64,000 bases of DNA. Origin: Balanoglossus misakiensis. Taxonomy: Eukaryota; Animalia; Hemichordata. The translations under genes were made by a program, and so were the position numbers. The stretch is from NCBI GenBank assembly GCA_040954595.2, contig CM082578.2, positions 3,392,831-3,456,830 of the forward strand, read 5' to 3'. Below the pieces are notes generated by a model. That model worked only from the letters and a program-made list of their open reading frames with translations, was not told the DNA's origin and did no database searches. This document shows, in pieces, positions 11,539 to 25,000 of this stretch. The stretch's first letter is position 1. Every line of letters begins with the position of its first letter.

Positions 11539-13244
11539 TAGTCCTGTTTCAAAATGACCTACATTACAGGTCCTATGCACACGTATTACATGTTCTGATT
11601 GGTTTATCCGCTTCTCTAAGGTCCACTTGCGGCTCGCTGATTGGAGGGACCTTATAGGTTAGGTCTTATTACTATGTATTATTCACTAGACCTTGTAGGT
11701 TAGGTCTTATTACTATGCATTATTCACTTTACAGCTCCTTGATTGGTTAATGTGTAGGTCTGGTCCTCCAGTGTTCACTGCCTCATTATACAGGACCTTA
11801 TAGGTTAGGTCTTATTAATATGTATTTATTCACCATACAGCTCCCTGATTGGTTAACGTGTTAGTCTGGTCCCCCATGTGTTCACTGCCTCATTATACAG
11901 GACCTTGTAGGTTAGGTCTTATTAATATGTATTTATTCACCATACAGCTCCCTGATTGGTTAACGTGTCAGTCTGGTCCCCCATGTGTTCACTGCCTCAT
12001 TATACAGGACCTTGTAGGTTAGGTCTTATTAATATGTATTTATTCACCATACAGCTCCCTGATTGGTTAACATGTCAGTCTGGTCCCCCAGTGTTCACTG
12101 CCTCATTGTGAAATGTCCCATGTGCTTCCTGGCTAGCGTTGTGGTAACACATTATTCGGGATGTCCGCAGATCAGTCATTGATTTTCTGAGAAATAGCCT
12201 GACTGATACTATCTCCAACATAAACCACAACGAAAGATTAAATGATTTTTAGATGGACTTTGAAAATCTGATTAACTCATCTAAGCATTTTTGCTAACAG
12301 TTGTATATTTTTTAATCACCCTCCTACTTCTCATCATCAATATTATTATTGTTGTTTTACTATTTTAAAGTAAATATGTTTTGACGAACATGTTGTTAAT
12401 AAGGAGCACGTTGTCCGTTTATACATTCGTATATTGTTTTCATAAAAATGGAACTATGACGGTGCAGCTTCGTGACAGAAGTTCAATAAAAGTAATCATA
12501 CCTGTAAAGCAACTAATGAGGTATCCCAAAGAAATGCAATGCTATTCTTCCTAAACATTTCTATTGTAAGATATTTTTGGTTTGCTCGAATGAATAGCAC
12601 ACACTTCGTATTCAGCCAGGTGTTACACGAAGTGATGCGCTGAAAGGCATTACGTAACAAAACACTAGCCCATTTCAACAAACCGCCACTGGAAATAAAA
12701 TACGAAATTTCTCCTGACAATTTTTATTTCGTGTATCTAGTTCACAGTATCACATAAAATGCCATGAATAGTGAAGGAAAAGGTGAAATCCAATCATTAT
12801 ATGAGTGCCTTTCTTTATACACTGGGATCGAGCTTCGACAACGCGCAGGCAGCATGGCAGACAGAATACGACAACAGTATTCAGAAAGTACAAAAGACTT
12901 TGCATAACGAAGCAGTGAAAACTGGATACCTACACATTAACCAATCAGGGAGCTGAAAATTGAATAAATACATATTAATAAGACCTAACCTACAAGGTCC
13001 TGCATAATGAGGCAGTGAACACTGGAGGACCAGACCTACACATTAACCAATCAGGGAGCTGTAAAGTGAATAATGCATAGTAATAAGACCTAACCTACAA
13101 GGTCTGGTGAATAATACATAATAATAAGACCTAACACATAAGGTCCCTCCAATCAGCGTGCCTCAAGTGGACCTAAGATTACCAGATGGACCAATCACAG
13201 ATGTCGGTACATATGTCATGGACCTGACTTATGAAACAGGACTA
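11539..13244. mobile_element. Fold-back DNA transposon (TAG...CTA termini, Academ-like) with internal ~80-bp tandem repeats
   Basis: TIR TAGTCCTGTTTCA / TGAAACAGGACTA. Repeats at 11650-12110 are mirrored at 12910-13175. The empty site GTGACATAATTAGACC is present at 18871 and 28015. TSD is not clean. Confidence 0.85.
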
Positions 13245-13391
13245 ATTAGACCTCTTACACAGCCATTTGGCGTTGACTAAAATCGTCAAACTCTCAAAAA
13301 ACTATGCCACATTTTCTTTCTAATATTGGACATGTTAAAGTAGTCACTTAAACACCGTACATGCCAAAGAATTGTTGTTTTTATGTTTCGT

Positions 13392-16300
13392 TTATTTCAT
13401 TACTTTTAAGAAGAAAGCAGAAATATTGATGAACGTTTCTGGATTCGCATCTTCTGCTTTGGTTCCCAATTTCGGCAAAAGTTGACTACAGTCTTCTAGG
13501 AAGTCATCCTGCATGTCACGTGGAATTAACTGAAGATGACTAAGCAATGGTTTAAGATAACCTGGTAAACAGAAAACAATAGGTTACTATGACCTTTCAT
13601 CCTTCTTTTACTTCCAATGTCAAAATTCCACATTGTGGGATAAGAAACGTTATAAACTGTTACCTGTCAATGAAAAGTCATTTTTTGTGATTCAATATAT
13701 AAATTATTGACTACAGCTGCAATTATAGGGTTGTTGTGGTTGTTTAAGTCAACCTAGTGGATTCTAACCAATGGAAGTATGTGGATATATGGTCATAAGG
13801 TCATACAGGGGTCATGTAAATGGGGGTTAGCCTAATTCAAGATTCACGTTCTACGGCCAAGGTTCAGCGGTGAACTTGGATTCACGATTCACTTCCAACA
13901 CTAAACTTATATTCTGATTCAGATTCGAGTCTTGTCACGTCCTTTCACCGTCTACATTGCATTCACTTGATTCAGAATATAGGAATTAGTCCTTTGCTTA
14001 AGTTATTGGTTGTAAAATATACCGGGACCCTAAACCTATCAATTATATCAGAATTACGCTTAAAAGTATCTGTGAATACCGAGATTGCCGGCCATGGTGC
14101 GATCTCAGGCCTAGGGTCATTCATGTGTTAGAAAATAATAAATAGGGTGCATCTCTCTTTGAAAAATGTTGTTGAAACTGAACTTGAAGAGATACCCGAC
14201 AATGACGTCACGCGATAATCGAACAGAATATTTGGGGAACCTTGCTTGGGTGGGGATCGAAGACAATAAACAATCGTACGCACCCCTGGTTACGGCAGCA
14301 TAAACACATTAGACAAGACTCGAATCTGAATCAGAATATAAGTTTAGTGAAGTGAATCGTGAATCCAAATTCTCTTCTGAATCTTTGGCCGTGGAACGTG
14401 AATCTTGAATTAGGCTAACCCAGATTTACCACCCGTGTCGTTCTACGAACAGAATTCTGTTACTTCGTAAATAGAGACTGTCCCTGGGCGTTTCTTTTCC
14501 CCGACGCCCTGGTCTCCGGGCTAGATAGAGAAGCACTTCTGTATCAATACTAGTGCATCGCATGTTTATTTGTCAATGCTGTATTAAGGATTGTGAGTTC
14601 GTATATGGTGTGGTAAACTGATAAAACCCTTTAAACATATTATGTGGGTGGAAGTATAAAGTGATACATGTATTTGAAATATGTATTTGAAATATTAAGA
14701 CGCAAGAAGTTACCTGTGCATGCTTTGACCGTTGGAAATTTGAACACTCCACTCTGTAGTTCAGTGATTCGTGGGTGTTTCTTGAATCCACAAAGTGAAA
14801 CTAAATTGTCCATCTTTTCTCGATCTCCCGTGAATGGAAAGACATTTTGACGAAATTCCTGTACAGTGTCAACAGAAAATAGAAAAATTGACAGAGTGAA
14901 AGAATTAACAATTTTATTAGCCTATCTATATGCGCAGCATGTTCTTTAAATAAAAAAAACAGTGCCTATAATATATGAAAAGGTATATTCGAATCAATAA
15001 GAGCATCAAAGAAAATGCGCATATGATGGCCGTGGTTCACCGACAATCCCATATTATAAGCCAGGTAGTTTGCCCTTCATCCGAACATCTTTTCCCGATT
15101 GTTTGGTGGGTTTTGAGCAAAGACAATTCAAAGCCAAATTGGGATGTCATTCATTTTATTTGCCATTATCTTACTGAGAGAAGACAATTTTTGTTTACCA
15201 AAAATGGCAAAGATATCCCATAAGTACAAAAAAGCAAATTTCAACACAATTTGACCAAAGGTGACAAGGTCACCCCCAAGAACCTGTATACTAAATTTCC
15301 AAGAAATTCGACTAGTGGTTTCCAAAAAGGTCTTTTAAAACCAAAAAGTGGCAAACACTGCCGCGAAACTACAAACACACAAATTTCAAAAACACAATTT
15401 GAACTCCTCCAGAAACCTGCATACCAACTTTTAAGCCAATCATCACAGAAATGTTTACCTTCAGGTACTTGCTCCACTTTGGCAGTTTTGTACATTCTCT
15501 GTACATTTTCATAAAGTCGTCTGTTTCGCTCACGGAGTAAATGTTGAAAACGGCCGTTCCACCCTGCTTGAGGCACCAGAAAATATTTTCAAGTGGTTTT
15601 TCTCTCTCATTCAACCAGTGCAGAACAAGGTTGCTAAACACTTTGGTAAACATGTTTTCAAACTCAGGAAACTTTTCTTGGAGTGAGAGAACATCTGCGA
15701 CAAGGAACTCAGTTTTTCCCTCAACTGAATTGTTTCGATGTGCAAACTCAATTGCCTCAGCAGATACGTCAATTCCTGATGAAAATAAAAACACATTATT
15801 TTTTATTAGGTCCCATTGGTATGTACCATGGGACCTTATGGGATCGGTTGCGTCTGTATGTATGGATAGATGTTTGGATGTATGGATGTATGTCTGTATG
15901 TCCGTCCACATCAAAAACTTGAAAACCGCAGCACGTATGACCTCGACATTTTGTGTGTAGATGCAGGCTAGGCTGTAGATGGGAGTTTGTTCAAATGAAG
16001 TTGTCATTGCCAAAAATATGCAAATTAGCTGGGAAAATGTGAAATTGGTCAAAACTCAAAAACTCCACAACCACCGGTCATATTGATTTGAAAATTGGGA
16101 TGCATGTACCTTATGTCAACCTCATACAGTCCTGTATGTTTTGAGCTAAAATGATCGATTTCCTATTTTTTATGCATTTTTTTGTATTTTTCCATGTTAC
16201 AGTGGAACGCCGATTATCCGAACACCAATTATCCGAATTTCGGATTATCCGAACGCTTTCGTACGGTCCCGGGTACGGTCCCTGAACATTTAATTAGCCA

Positions 16301-18533
16301 TGCCAAGCACCTGTTTTCTCGGCAGTCTGTGAAATTTCCGCAGGAAAACTGACATTTCGGACAGATTTCTTTGGTCAGTTCTAATTGTTTCTGTTGTAAA
16401 GGGCGGTGGGACGTGTTAAAAACGTCTTTATCATTGAATATTTCAATCATTTTACGACAACAGAGTGTCACACTTTCGGGTATCGTAACATTCGACACTA
16501 GGATTTCACACTCAAGTGTAAAACACGAAAAATCACTTGTCGCGTCGGCACGGCTTTGGTCAATTTTTTGATAGTGTGAAGTAGATTTATCGCCGAAATA
16601 AGCTTAGCACTGTCGTTGATAATACAAATGAAAGCCATGGGTTGGATGAGATCGCCCGTCTTCGACTCGTGCGAGCAGACGGCGGAGATCGTCCGAGGTG
16701 TCAACATCAAAGACACAGCTTTTCAAACGCATGGACTTCATTCCGCGACACAGTGAAGGCGTGTCGGGTCGCGGTCGGTGACCATGGCAGCGCCGATATG
16801 AATGACAGCCAAGACGTCACTTGCGGAAGTGACCTCGTGCGGAGAGCTTCTTTTGCGCGGTTTGAATGTCACTGACATCGAAGATTTGGAGACTAGCGAG
16901 AACTATGACAGCTTCGAAACATTAACGTATGATGAAATCATCGACTTGTATTGGTAAAAAGTCTTCATTTCTGAAAGTGATGGGCTTACTTCTTTGAAAT
17001 TTAGTATGAAGCTTCCTAATGGTTGTCTGAGTAACCATAGTTGTGTTCAAATTTATAATTTTGAGCAATATTTGCCATTTTCGGTCAAAATGTTGTTTCT
17101 TTAAAACCGCTTGCCAGATTGCTTTGCAATTTGGTAGGCATGTTCGTAGGGGTAACCTAAGTAATATGTTGTAAAAAAAATGTGATATTTGCATAAATGT
17201 GTTATCGGGGAAACTTTTGCAATTTTTGTCAAAAATTGTTTTCTCTGAAACCGCTTGTCATATTGCATTGAACTTTAGCAGGCATGTTCCTTGTAGTGAT
17301 TGATGTAAGATATTGTACAATTTTGCTGATATTTGCATATTTGTGTTTTTGCCACTTTTGAACAGATATTTTTTGTAAAACTGCTTGTTAGATTGCTTTG
17401 AAATTTGTTTTTCTCTGATTGCTTTGAAATTTAGGATGTAATTTCATAACACATACATGTATATGTGCAACTTTTATTCAATTCTGATATCAGAAATATT
17501 CAATATTTAGCGAGTTTTTTTGTAAGTTTCTTTGGTTTTGGTTAGCAAATCTTCTCCTAAACCAATTGTCCAGTTGTTTTTAAAGTTACTATTTACAAGG
17601 AGTTGTTACCCTGAACTTAAACATGTTTACATAACTTAAATAGGCCGGCTGTTACATAGACCACCAGCTATTAAATTTGTAATTACCAGTGGCAGGTCAG
17701 TGTGTGTCTGTCTGTGTGTCTGTTCCAGGGCTGACTGAAAGAAGTTGCTTCTCATATGTGTTTGTACAGACAATTTTTGGTCAATTTTTTTTTCTAGCAT
17801 CACTTGTAAGACTGCCATGACACATGACAGTTTATTGGGCATGTTCTTTGATATTTTTTTTACATTCCGTATTTCTATATGGTAAGATCATATCTGCTTG
17901 CAATGTCACCTGTAATTTTTATTCTGGTGTGTCACTGTTTCCGCATAATCCTCAAATGGGACCACCGTGTCCTTGACGCTATTTTTAAAAAACGTTACCG
18001 ATCAAAAAATGTACAAATTATCCTTCTGTTAGAATTTGTCCAGTTGCCACGCACGGCTAATCAACGCCGAGTCGTTGACCACTCCACCATTGTTGTGTTT
18101 ACTATATACTTGTAGAGTGCTAAGTAAAATATTAGCATGCGTTTATTGAGCAAAGTACAGGCCCACAAAATATGCGCATACCCAGGTATTTTATCAGTAC
18201 AGTTTACTTGACAAACTGAATAAGTCTCTCACCAGTTGAATTGTGTTTATCATCGTACTCATAACAATCGTGTAAACACCGATCTCACGTATATGACTGA
18301 GTCGATTTTGTTGGGTCCTTCAACATTCAGGTCACACTGACCTTACCTATGACTGTTTTGACATTGCCACGTTCTGCAATCATCCGAGTCAGTTCTCCAG
18401 TTCCACATCCGAGATCCAAGACCACTTCCTCGCTTTCCCAGTCATCATTCCACAGAGACAACAAGTCCTGACCGTATCGATGTTGTCCTTCGCTATTACG
18501 CGAATAATCTTCGGCACTGGCACCAAGATTCAT
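13392..18533 (-). CDS. Class I SAM-dependent methyltransferase, juvenile hormone acid O-methyltransferase-like, copy A (272 aa)
   Basis: Exons 18533-18347, 15775-15459, 14858-14714 and 13561-13392 (187+317+145+170=819 nt), all GT-AG and phase-compatible. Motifs VLDLGCGTG, GIDVS, FTKVFSNLVLHW and LKQGG. Confidence 0.9.
13816..14429. mobile_element. MITE with ~120-bp terminal inverted repeats in intron 3 of copy A
   Basis: GGGTTAGCCTAATTCAAGATTCACG...GAGTCTTGTC (13824-13936) is inverted at 14312-14421. Exact ends are uncertain. Confidence 0.8.
15805..17981 (+). mobile_element. Helentron-associated (HINE/DINE-like) element in intron 1 of copy A
   Basis: Starts after a T-run with ATTAGGTCCCAT, a 5' hairpin and a (TATG)n microsatellite. 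Ends with sub-terminal inverted AATGGGACC followed by a T-run. Homologues lie at 25599-27027 and 47266-48698. Confidence 0.65.
16200..16948 (+). mobile_element. Tc1/mariner-pogo (Tigger-like) fragment specific to copy A
   Basis: TA|CAGTGGAACGCCGATTATCCGAAC...TTG|TA. The empty site CCATGTTATTGG is present in B (25967) and C (47637). No right TIR. Confidence 0.75.
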
Positions 18534-19030
18534 TTTTTTGCACCGAAGAGCTGCGATGTGCACCAGTCAGAAGTACTCACTGCACTGTTTTGTTCTGTTC
18601 TGTTTGTGCAGTGATCTTGAATGACCTCTGCTTCAATCAAATGATCAGACTTAAGGGAGCCTTGTGTTTTCTTTAAAAAATACTGACCCTCCTATACACC
18701 AGAATGACTGATTTATTACAATAAAAGACTCATAACGTTCAAATTACAACATTGGGTCTTGAAGGATCTAGATATTATAAACAACAATGTGTCAAACCGC
18801 TGTCATTAATTGCAAGTTATTAATTGCATACTCAACTTCGGCAGCTGTTATAGTTTGGCACAACAAAATCGTGACATAATTAGACCTCTTACACAGACAT
18901 ATGGCGTTGACAGAAATCGTCAAACTCTCAAAAAACTATGTCGTATTTTCTTTCTAATAATAATATTGGACATGTTGAAGTAGTCACTTTAACACTGCAC
19001 ATGCCAAAGAATTGTTGTTTTATGTTTCTT

Positions 19031-22000
19031 TTATTTCATTACTTTTAAGAAGAAATCAGAAATATTGATGAACGTTTCTGGATTCTCATCTTCTGCTTTG
19101 GTTCCCAATTTCGGCAAAAGTTGACTACAGTCTTCTAGGAAGTCATCCTGCATGTCACGTGGAATTAACTGAAGATGACTAAGCAATGGTTTAAGATAAC
19201 CTGGTAAACAGAAAACAATAGGTTACTTTTATGACCCCTATATAACCTTCCATCCTTCTACTTCCTATGGCGCGTAATCGAGGCCAAAATCAACACCTCA
19301 CTTTTTGAGTGAAACGCATTCGTTTTGAGTGAAACGCATTCGTTTTGAGGCAACACATTTGATTTGAAGGTTGATACTTTTGAATCGGAGGACACCACAT
19401 TCGTTTTGAGCTGACACGCATTTGAATCGGACTCCCCAGCATTGGTTTTGAAGGTCGACACTTTTGAACCGGAGGACCACATTCGTTTTGAGCTGATACG
19501 CATTTGAATCGGACTCCCCAGCATTTGATTTGAAGGTTGATACTTTTGAATCGGAGGACACCACATTTGTTTTGAGCTGACACGCATTTGAATCGGACTC
19601 CCCAGCATTTTATTTGAAGGTTGATACTTTTGAATCGGAGGACACCACATTCGTTTTGAGCTGACACGCATTTGAATCGGACTCCCCAGCATTGGTTTTG
19701 AAGGTCGACACTTTTGAACCGGAGGACCACATTCGTTTTGAGCTGATACGCATTTGAATCGGACTCCCCAGCATTTGATTTGAAGGTTGATACTTTTGAA
19801 TCGGAGGACACCACATTCGTTTTGAGCTGACACGCATTTGAATCGGACTCCCCAGCATTTGATTTGAAGGTTGATACTTTTGAATCGGAGGACACCACAT
19901 TCGTTTTGAGCTGACACGCATTTGAATCGGACTCCCCAGCATTTGATTTGAAGGTTGATACTTTTGAATCGGAGGACACCACATTCGTTTTGAGCTGACA
20001 CGCATTTGAATCGGACTCCCCAGCATTGGTTTTGAAGGTCGATACTTTTGAATCGGAGGACACCGCATTCGTTTTGAGCTGACACGCATTTGAATCGGAC
20101 TCCCCAGCATTGGTTTTGAAGGTCGACACTTTTGAATCGGAGGACACCACATTCGTTTTGAGCTGACACGCATTTGAATCGGACTCCCCAGCATTGGTTT
20201 TGAAGGTCGACACTTTTGAACCGGAGGACACCGCATTCGTTTTGAGCTGACACGCATTTGAATCGGACTCCCCAGCATTGGTTTTGAAGGTCGATACTTT
20301 TGAATCGGAGGACACCACATTCGTTTTGAGCTGACACGCATTTGAATCGGACTCCCCAGCATTGGTTTTGAAGGTCGACACTTTTGAATCGGAGGACACC
20401 ACATTCGTTTTGAGCTGACACGCATTTGAATCGGACTCCCCAGCATTGGTTTTGAAGGTCGACACTTTTGAATCGGAGGACACCGCATTCGTTTTGAGCT
20501 GACACGCATTTGAATCGGACTCCCCAGCATTGGTTTTGAAGGTCGACACTTTTGAATCGGAGGACACCGCATTCGTTTTGAGCTGACACGCATTTGAATC
20601 GGACTCCCCAGCATTGGTTTTGAAGGTCGACACTTTTGAATCGGAGGACACCACATTCGTTTTGAGCTGACACGCATTTGAATCTGACTCCCCAGCATTG
20701 GTTTTGAAGGTCGATGCTTTTGAATCGGAGGACACCACATTCGTTTTGAGCTGACACGCATTTGAATCGGACTCAACCTCATTTGAGTTGGGACAAACCA
20801 TTTTTGACTTGGAGTACACTGCCTTTGATTTGAGTGATGATACTTTTGAGTTGAGACAAACCGTTTTTGAATTTGAGTCCACCGCATTCCATTTGAGGCT
20901 CAACTTGTGAATGGGACACCATCTCATTTGATTTGACTCAGGTTTTTCTTCCAATTGATTGTACCAGAATGTGGCTCTCCGTAAAACAACCCTTCTTTGT
21001 AGCGATTAGCTTTGCCCAGACAACATGAAACGTCACAAAGCGTCATGCCCTACGTCACATGACGTCATTAATATATACAGGTGTTTTCTGTTACTGAACT
21101 GGGGGGTCTGGAAGGACTGACCCGGAACCATATGTAGGTTGTGTGTTTCATATCAAAAATAGTAATATATACTAGTGCATCACATGTTTATTCGTCTTTT
21201 CCGTATTAAGGATACCCTTTAAACATATGTGGATGGAAGTTAGTGATACATGTACATGTATTTGAAATATTTAAGACACAAGAAGTTACCTTTGCATGCT
21301 TCGACCGTTGGAAATGTTACTACTCCACTCTGTAGTTCAGTGATTCGTGGGTGTTTCTTGAATCCACAAAGTGAAACTAAATTGTCCACCTTTTCTCGAT
21401 CTCCAGTGAATGGAAAGACATTTTGACGAAATTCCTGTACAGTGTCAACAGAAAATAGAAAAATTGACAGAGTGAAAGAATTAACAATTTTATTAGCCTA
21501 TCTATATGCGCAGCATGTTCTTTAAATAAAAAAACAGTGCCTATAATATATGAAAAGTTATATTCAAATCAATAAGAGCAACAAAGAAAATGCGCATATG
21601 ATGGCCGTGGTTCACCGACAATCCCATATTATAAGCCAGGTAGTTTGCCCTTCATCCGAACATCTTTTCCCGATTGTTTGGTGGGTTTTGAGCAAAGACA
21701 ACTCAAAGCCAAATTGGGATATCATTCATTTTATTCGCCATTATCTTATTGAGAGGAGACAATTTTTGTTTACCAAAAATGGCAAAGGTATCGCATAAGT
21801 ACATAAAAGCAATTTTCAACACAATTGTTATTGAATTAATTGAAAAGACTAAAAAAGAGTGTTCTGACTGCCCCATTGATTTAACATGGGAACTTTGTAA
21901 AGCACGGATCAGAGATTTTTCAATAGAATTTTCTAAGTCGCGTATTAAGGAAAAACGGGAAAGACTAACTGTTTTAGAAGGAAAACTTGTTGAGCTGGAC

Positions 22001-25000
22001 AGGAAAATTGACGCCACTTTAGACTCAAATATTTTGAACGAGTACGAAAAAGTTAAGCGCGAGCTTGAACAACTTTATGCTGATCAAGTAAAAGGGGCAA
22101 AGGTAAGAGCCAGAGCTCAGTGGTATTTTGAAAGTGACAAGCCAACAAAATATTTCTTAAACTTGGAAAAAAAACGTAGAATCAGAAATGATATAACTGA
22201 ACTAAAAATAGATGAGAATATATTACACAATCCCGATGACATTCTAAGTGGCACGTGTTGCTTTTACCAACAGCTGTACACCTCCAATAACATTTCAGTC
22301 AATACCATAAATGAGTATTTAAATAATGTGCACCTGGAAAATAGTGTTAGTGGCCATGAGAAGAGCCAATTGGATAAAGACATCTCCTTTGACGAGTGCT
22401 CAAAGGTAGTTACGAAGCTAAAAAATAACAAAGCTCCTGGTAGCGACGGGCTTCCTGCTGAATTTTACAAAGAATTTTGGCATTGTATTGGTCCCACAGT
22501 GTATGGAGCTGTCTCCAAATGTCTGCGCTATGGTAAATTAACATACACGCTTAGACATGCGCACCTTCGTCTTATCCATAAAAAAGATGAGAGAAATGTG
22601 TTAGAAAACTGGAGACCGATTTAAGTCTTCTGAATACCGATTACAAAATTATCGCCTTTGTTCTTTCCTCTAGGCTACAACCTGTTCTTGGCAGGATAAT
22701 TAACCACGATCAAACGGCCTATTTGAAAAGGCGTTTCATTGGGAATAATGTTAGACTCATCTACGACATTATTGATTATGCAAACTATGAAAATACGCCA
22801 GGTGCTCTCCTATTTCTTGACTTTCGCAAAGCATTTTACACGGTTGAGTGGAACTTTATGTTCAAAACTCTTGAGAAGTTCAATTTTGGTGCTAACTTTA
22901 TTAGCTATATAAAAACTTTATATTCTGATTGCCAAGCTAGTGTGTTAAACCACGGGTGGGTCTCGCAGCCATTGCTGCTTGAGAGAGGTATAAGACAAGG
23001 ATGCCCAATCTCAGCTTTGCTCTTTTTACTAATTGTAGAAATATTAGCCACCAAAATAAGATAGTGGCATAAAGGGGTTTAATATAAATTATTCAAGAGA
23101 CTTGTCAAAGGAAATACGTATTTCTCAGGTCGCTGACGATACCACTATTTTTGTTACTGAGGAGCAGTCTATTCAAAAGGCTTTGGATGTCATAAAAAGT
23201 TTCAGTTCTGTTGCAGGTCCTTCCCTAAATCTCAACAAAACGAAAGGGTTATGGGTAGGTTCCTGGAAAAATAAACCGGAAGTGTATGCCGGTATTAAGT
23301 GGCCAAGTCAGCCAATTAAATCTCTTGGTACTTTCTTTTCAAATGACCCAGCAACTGGTATCGATGCTATCTTAAATAATAAGTGTTTGTCTATTGAAAG
23401 TTTATTAACTCAGTGGTCTCTCAGGGGACTGACTTTTTTGGTAAAATCACTGTTATAAAATCTCTTGCTGTAGCGAAAATTGTGTATCTTCTAAACACTT
23501 GTAATGTTCCGTGTACATTCTTAAAACGCTTGGAAAAACTTTTTTTCAACTTGTTATGGAGTTCCAAAACTGACAAGATAAAGCGTGACACCATCATAGG
23601 TGACTATAATCAAGGTGGTCTGAAAATGCTTGATATTTTTTCCCAATACAAGTCATTTCTTTCATCCTGGGTAACGCGGCTTTTGACAAATGAAGGGAAT
23701 AACTGTGTACCATCATGGAAATGTATTCCGTTATTTTATTTACATAGACTGAATCTGGATAAGGTTATTTTTCATATGAATTTTGAGGACCCCATACACT
23801 GTCCTGATTTAGAAGGGTTGCCATTTTTTTACAAACAGTGTATACTTGCATGGCATGAAGCTGGCGGTGGGTACTTTGTACCTAATGACGCCAAAGATGT
23901 TATGAAGCAAGTTATCTGGTGTAACAAGCATATACGCTTTAAAGGCAAGACTCTGTACTTTAAGCACTGGATTAAAGTGGGTATTTTATTCCTTGGCGAC
24001 ATTGTAGATTCAGATGGAACGTTTCGGTCTGTTTGGATTTCGAGTAACCTACGTTATAAGCATAATCTGGTTTCAGAGTTATTTATGTTGTACAACGCAG
24101 TTCCAAGGCATTGGTGTGAACTGGTGAGACAGTCGAATATGATATTTAATTTGACCACTACTACTTTGCCAACACCTACTGTTTTTTTAAATCACAAATG
24201 TCTGTACAAGTCCGCTTTGTGTGTTACTACTAATGAATTTTACTGGACTTTTGTCCATAAGAAATTTAAAAGACCATGGATTCCTAACATGTGGAACAGA
24301 GTCCTTAATTTGGGACCTGAGCTGAATTGGTCTCATCTATGGTATTATCGTATTATACAGTTAACTCCAGAAAGAAAATTGTCAAATTTTATGTATAAAT
24401 TTATGTATGATATTCTTCCAAATGATGCAAATCTGTATAAATGGAAATTAGCTAGAACAAAAAACTGTAACATTTGTAATGTAACAAATGATATCTTCCA
24501 TATGTTTATTACGTGCGATAGAGTAACTCTGTTTTGGAAAGAATTTCATGACTTTCTGTTAAACACACAAAATTGCCATGTAGAAATCTGTATGAGAAAT
24601 CTATTGTGTGGCTTTGAACAGCATGACAAATATGTCAACCTCTTATTAATCATAGCTATGTTTACAATCTACAAACATGGATTATGTACAAGGAAACAGA
24701 AAACCTCAGTAAAATAAATATCTTTGACCTTTTTATGGTTGAACTAAAAATTAGACAGGAAAATGAATGCTACCGTCCTTAAGTTAGATATTTATTTACA
24801 TTAATTGACATGTATACTTCTTGCTCTGTTTAAAATTAGTCAATCTCGACAATAAAAAAAAAAAAAAAAAAAAATAAATAAATAAAAATGTTCAAATTGC
24901 AACATACAGTCACAACCTGGCATCGATAAGGTGTTCATGAATACCGATCAGTAAGTTTATTTAGATGGACCAATTTAAGTTGGGGAATAAAATCATGAAA

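Noticed and set aside
15369-16052. 227-aa single-exon ORF (and equivalents at 25163-25687 and 46830-47501)
   Set aside because: Only the central 317 nt is the methyltransferase exon 2; the rest is intron and TE read-through.
21749-24717. Active reverse transcriptase, or an RT functionally linked to the adjacent repeat array (retron/DGR-like system)
   Set aside because: It is a 5'-truncated LINE ORF2 lacking the endonuclease, with stops and frameshifts. It is separated from the array by host exon 3, and the pairing recurs only because the whole gene was duplicated.
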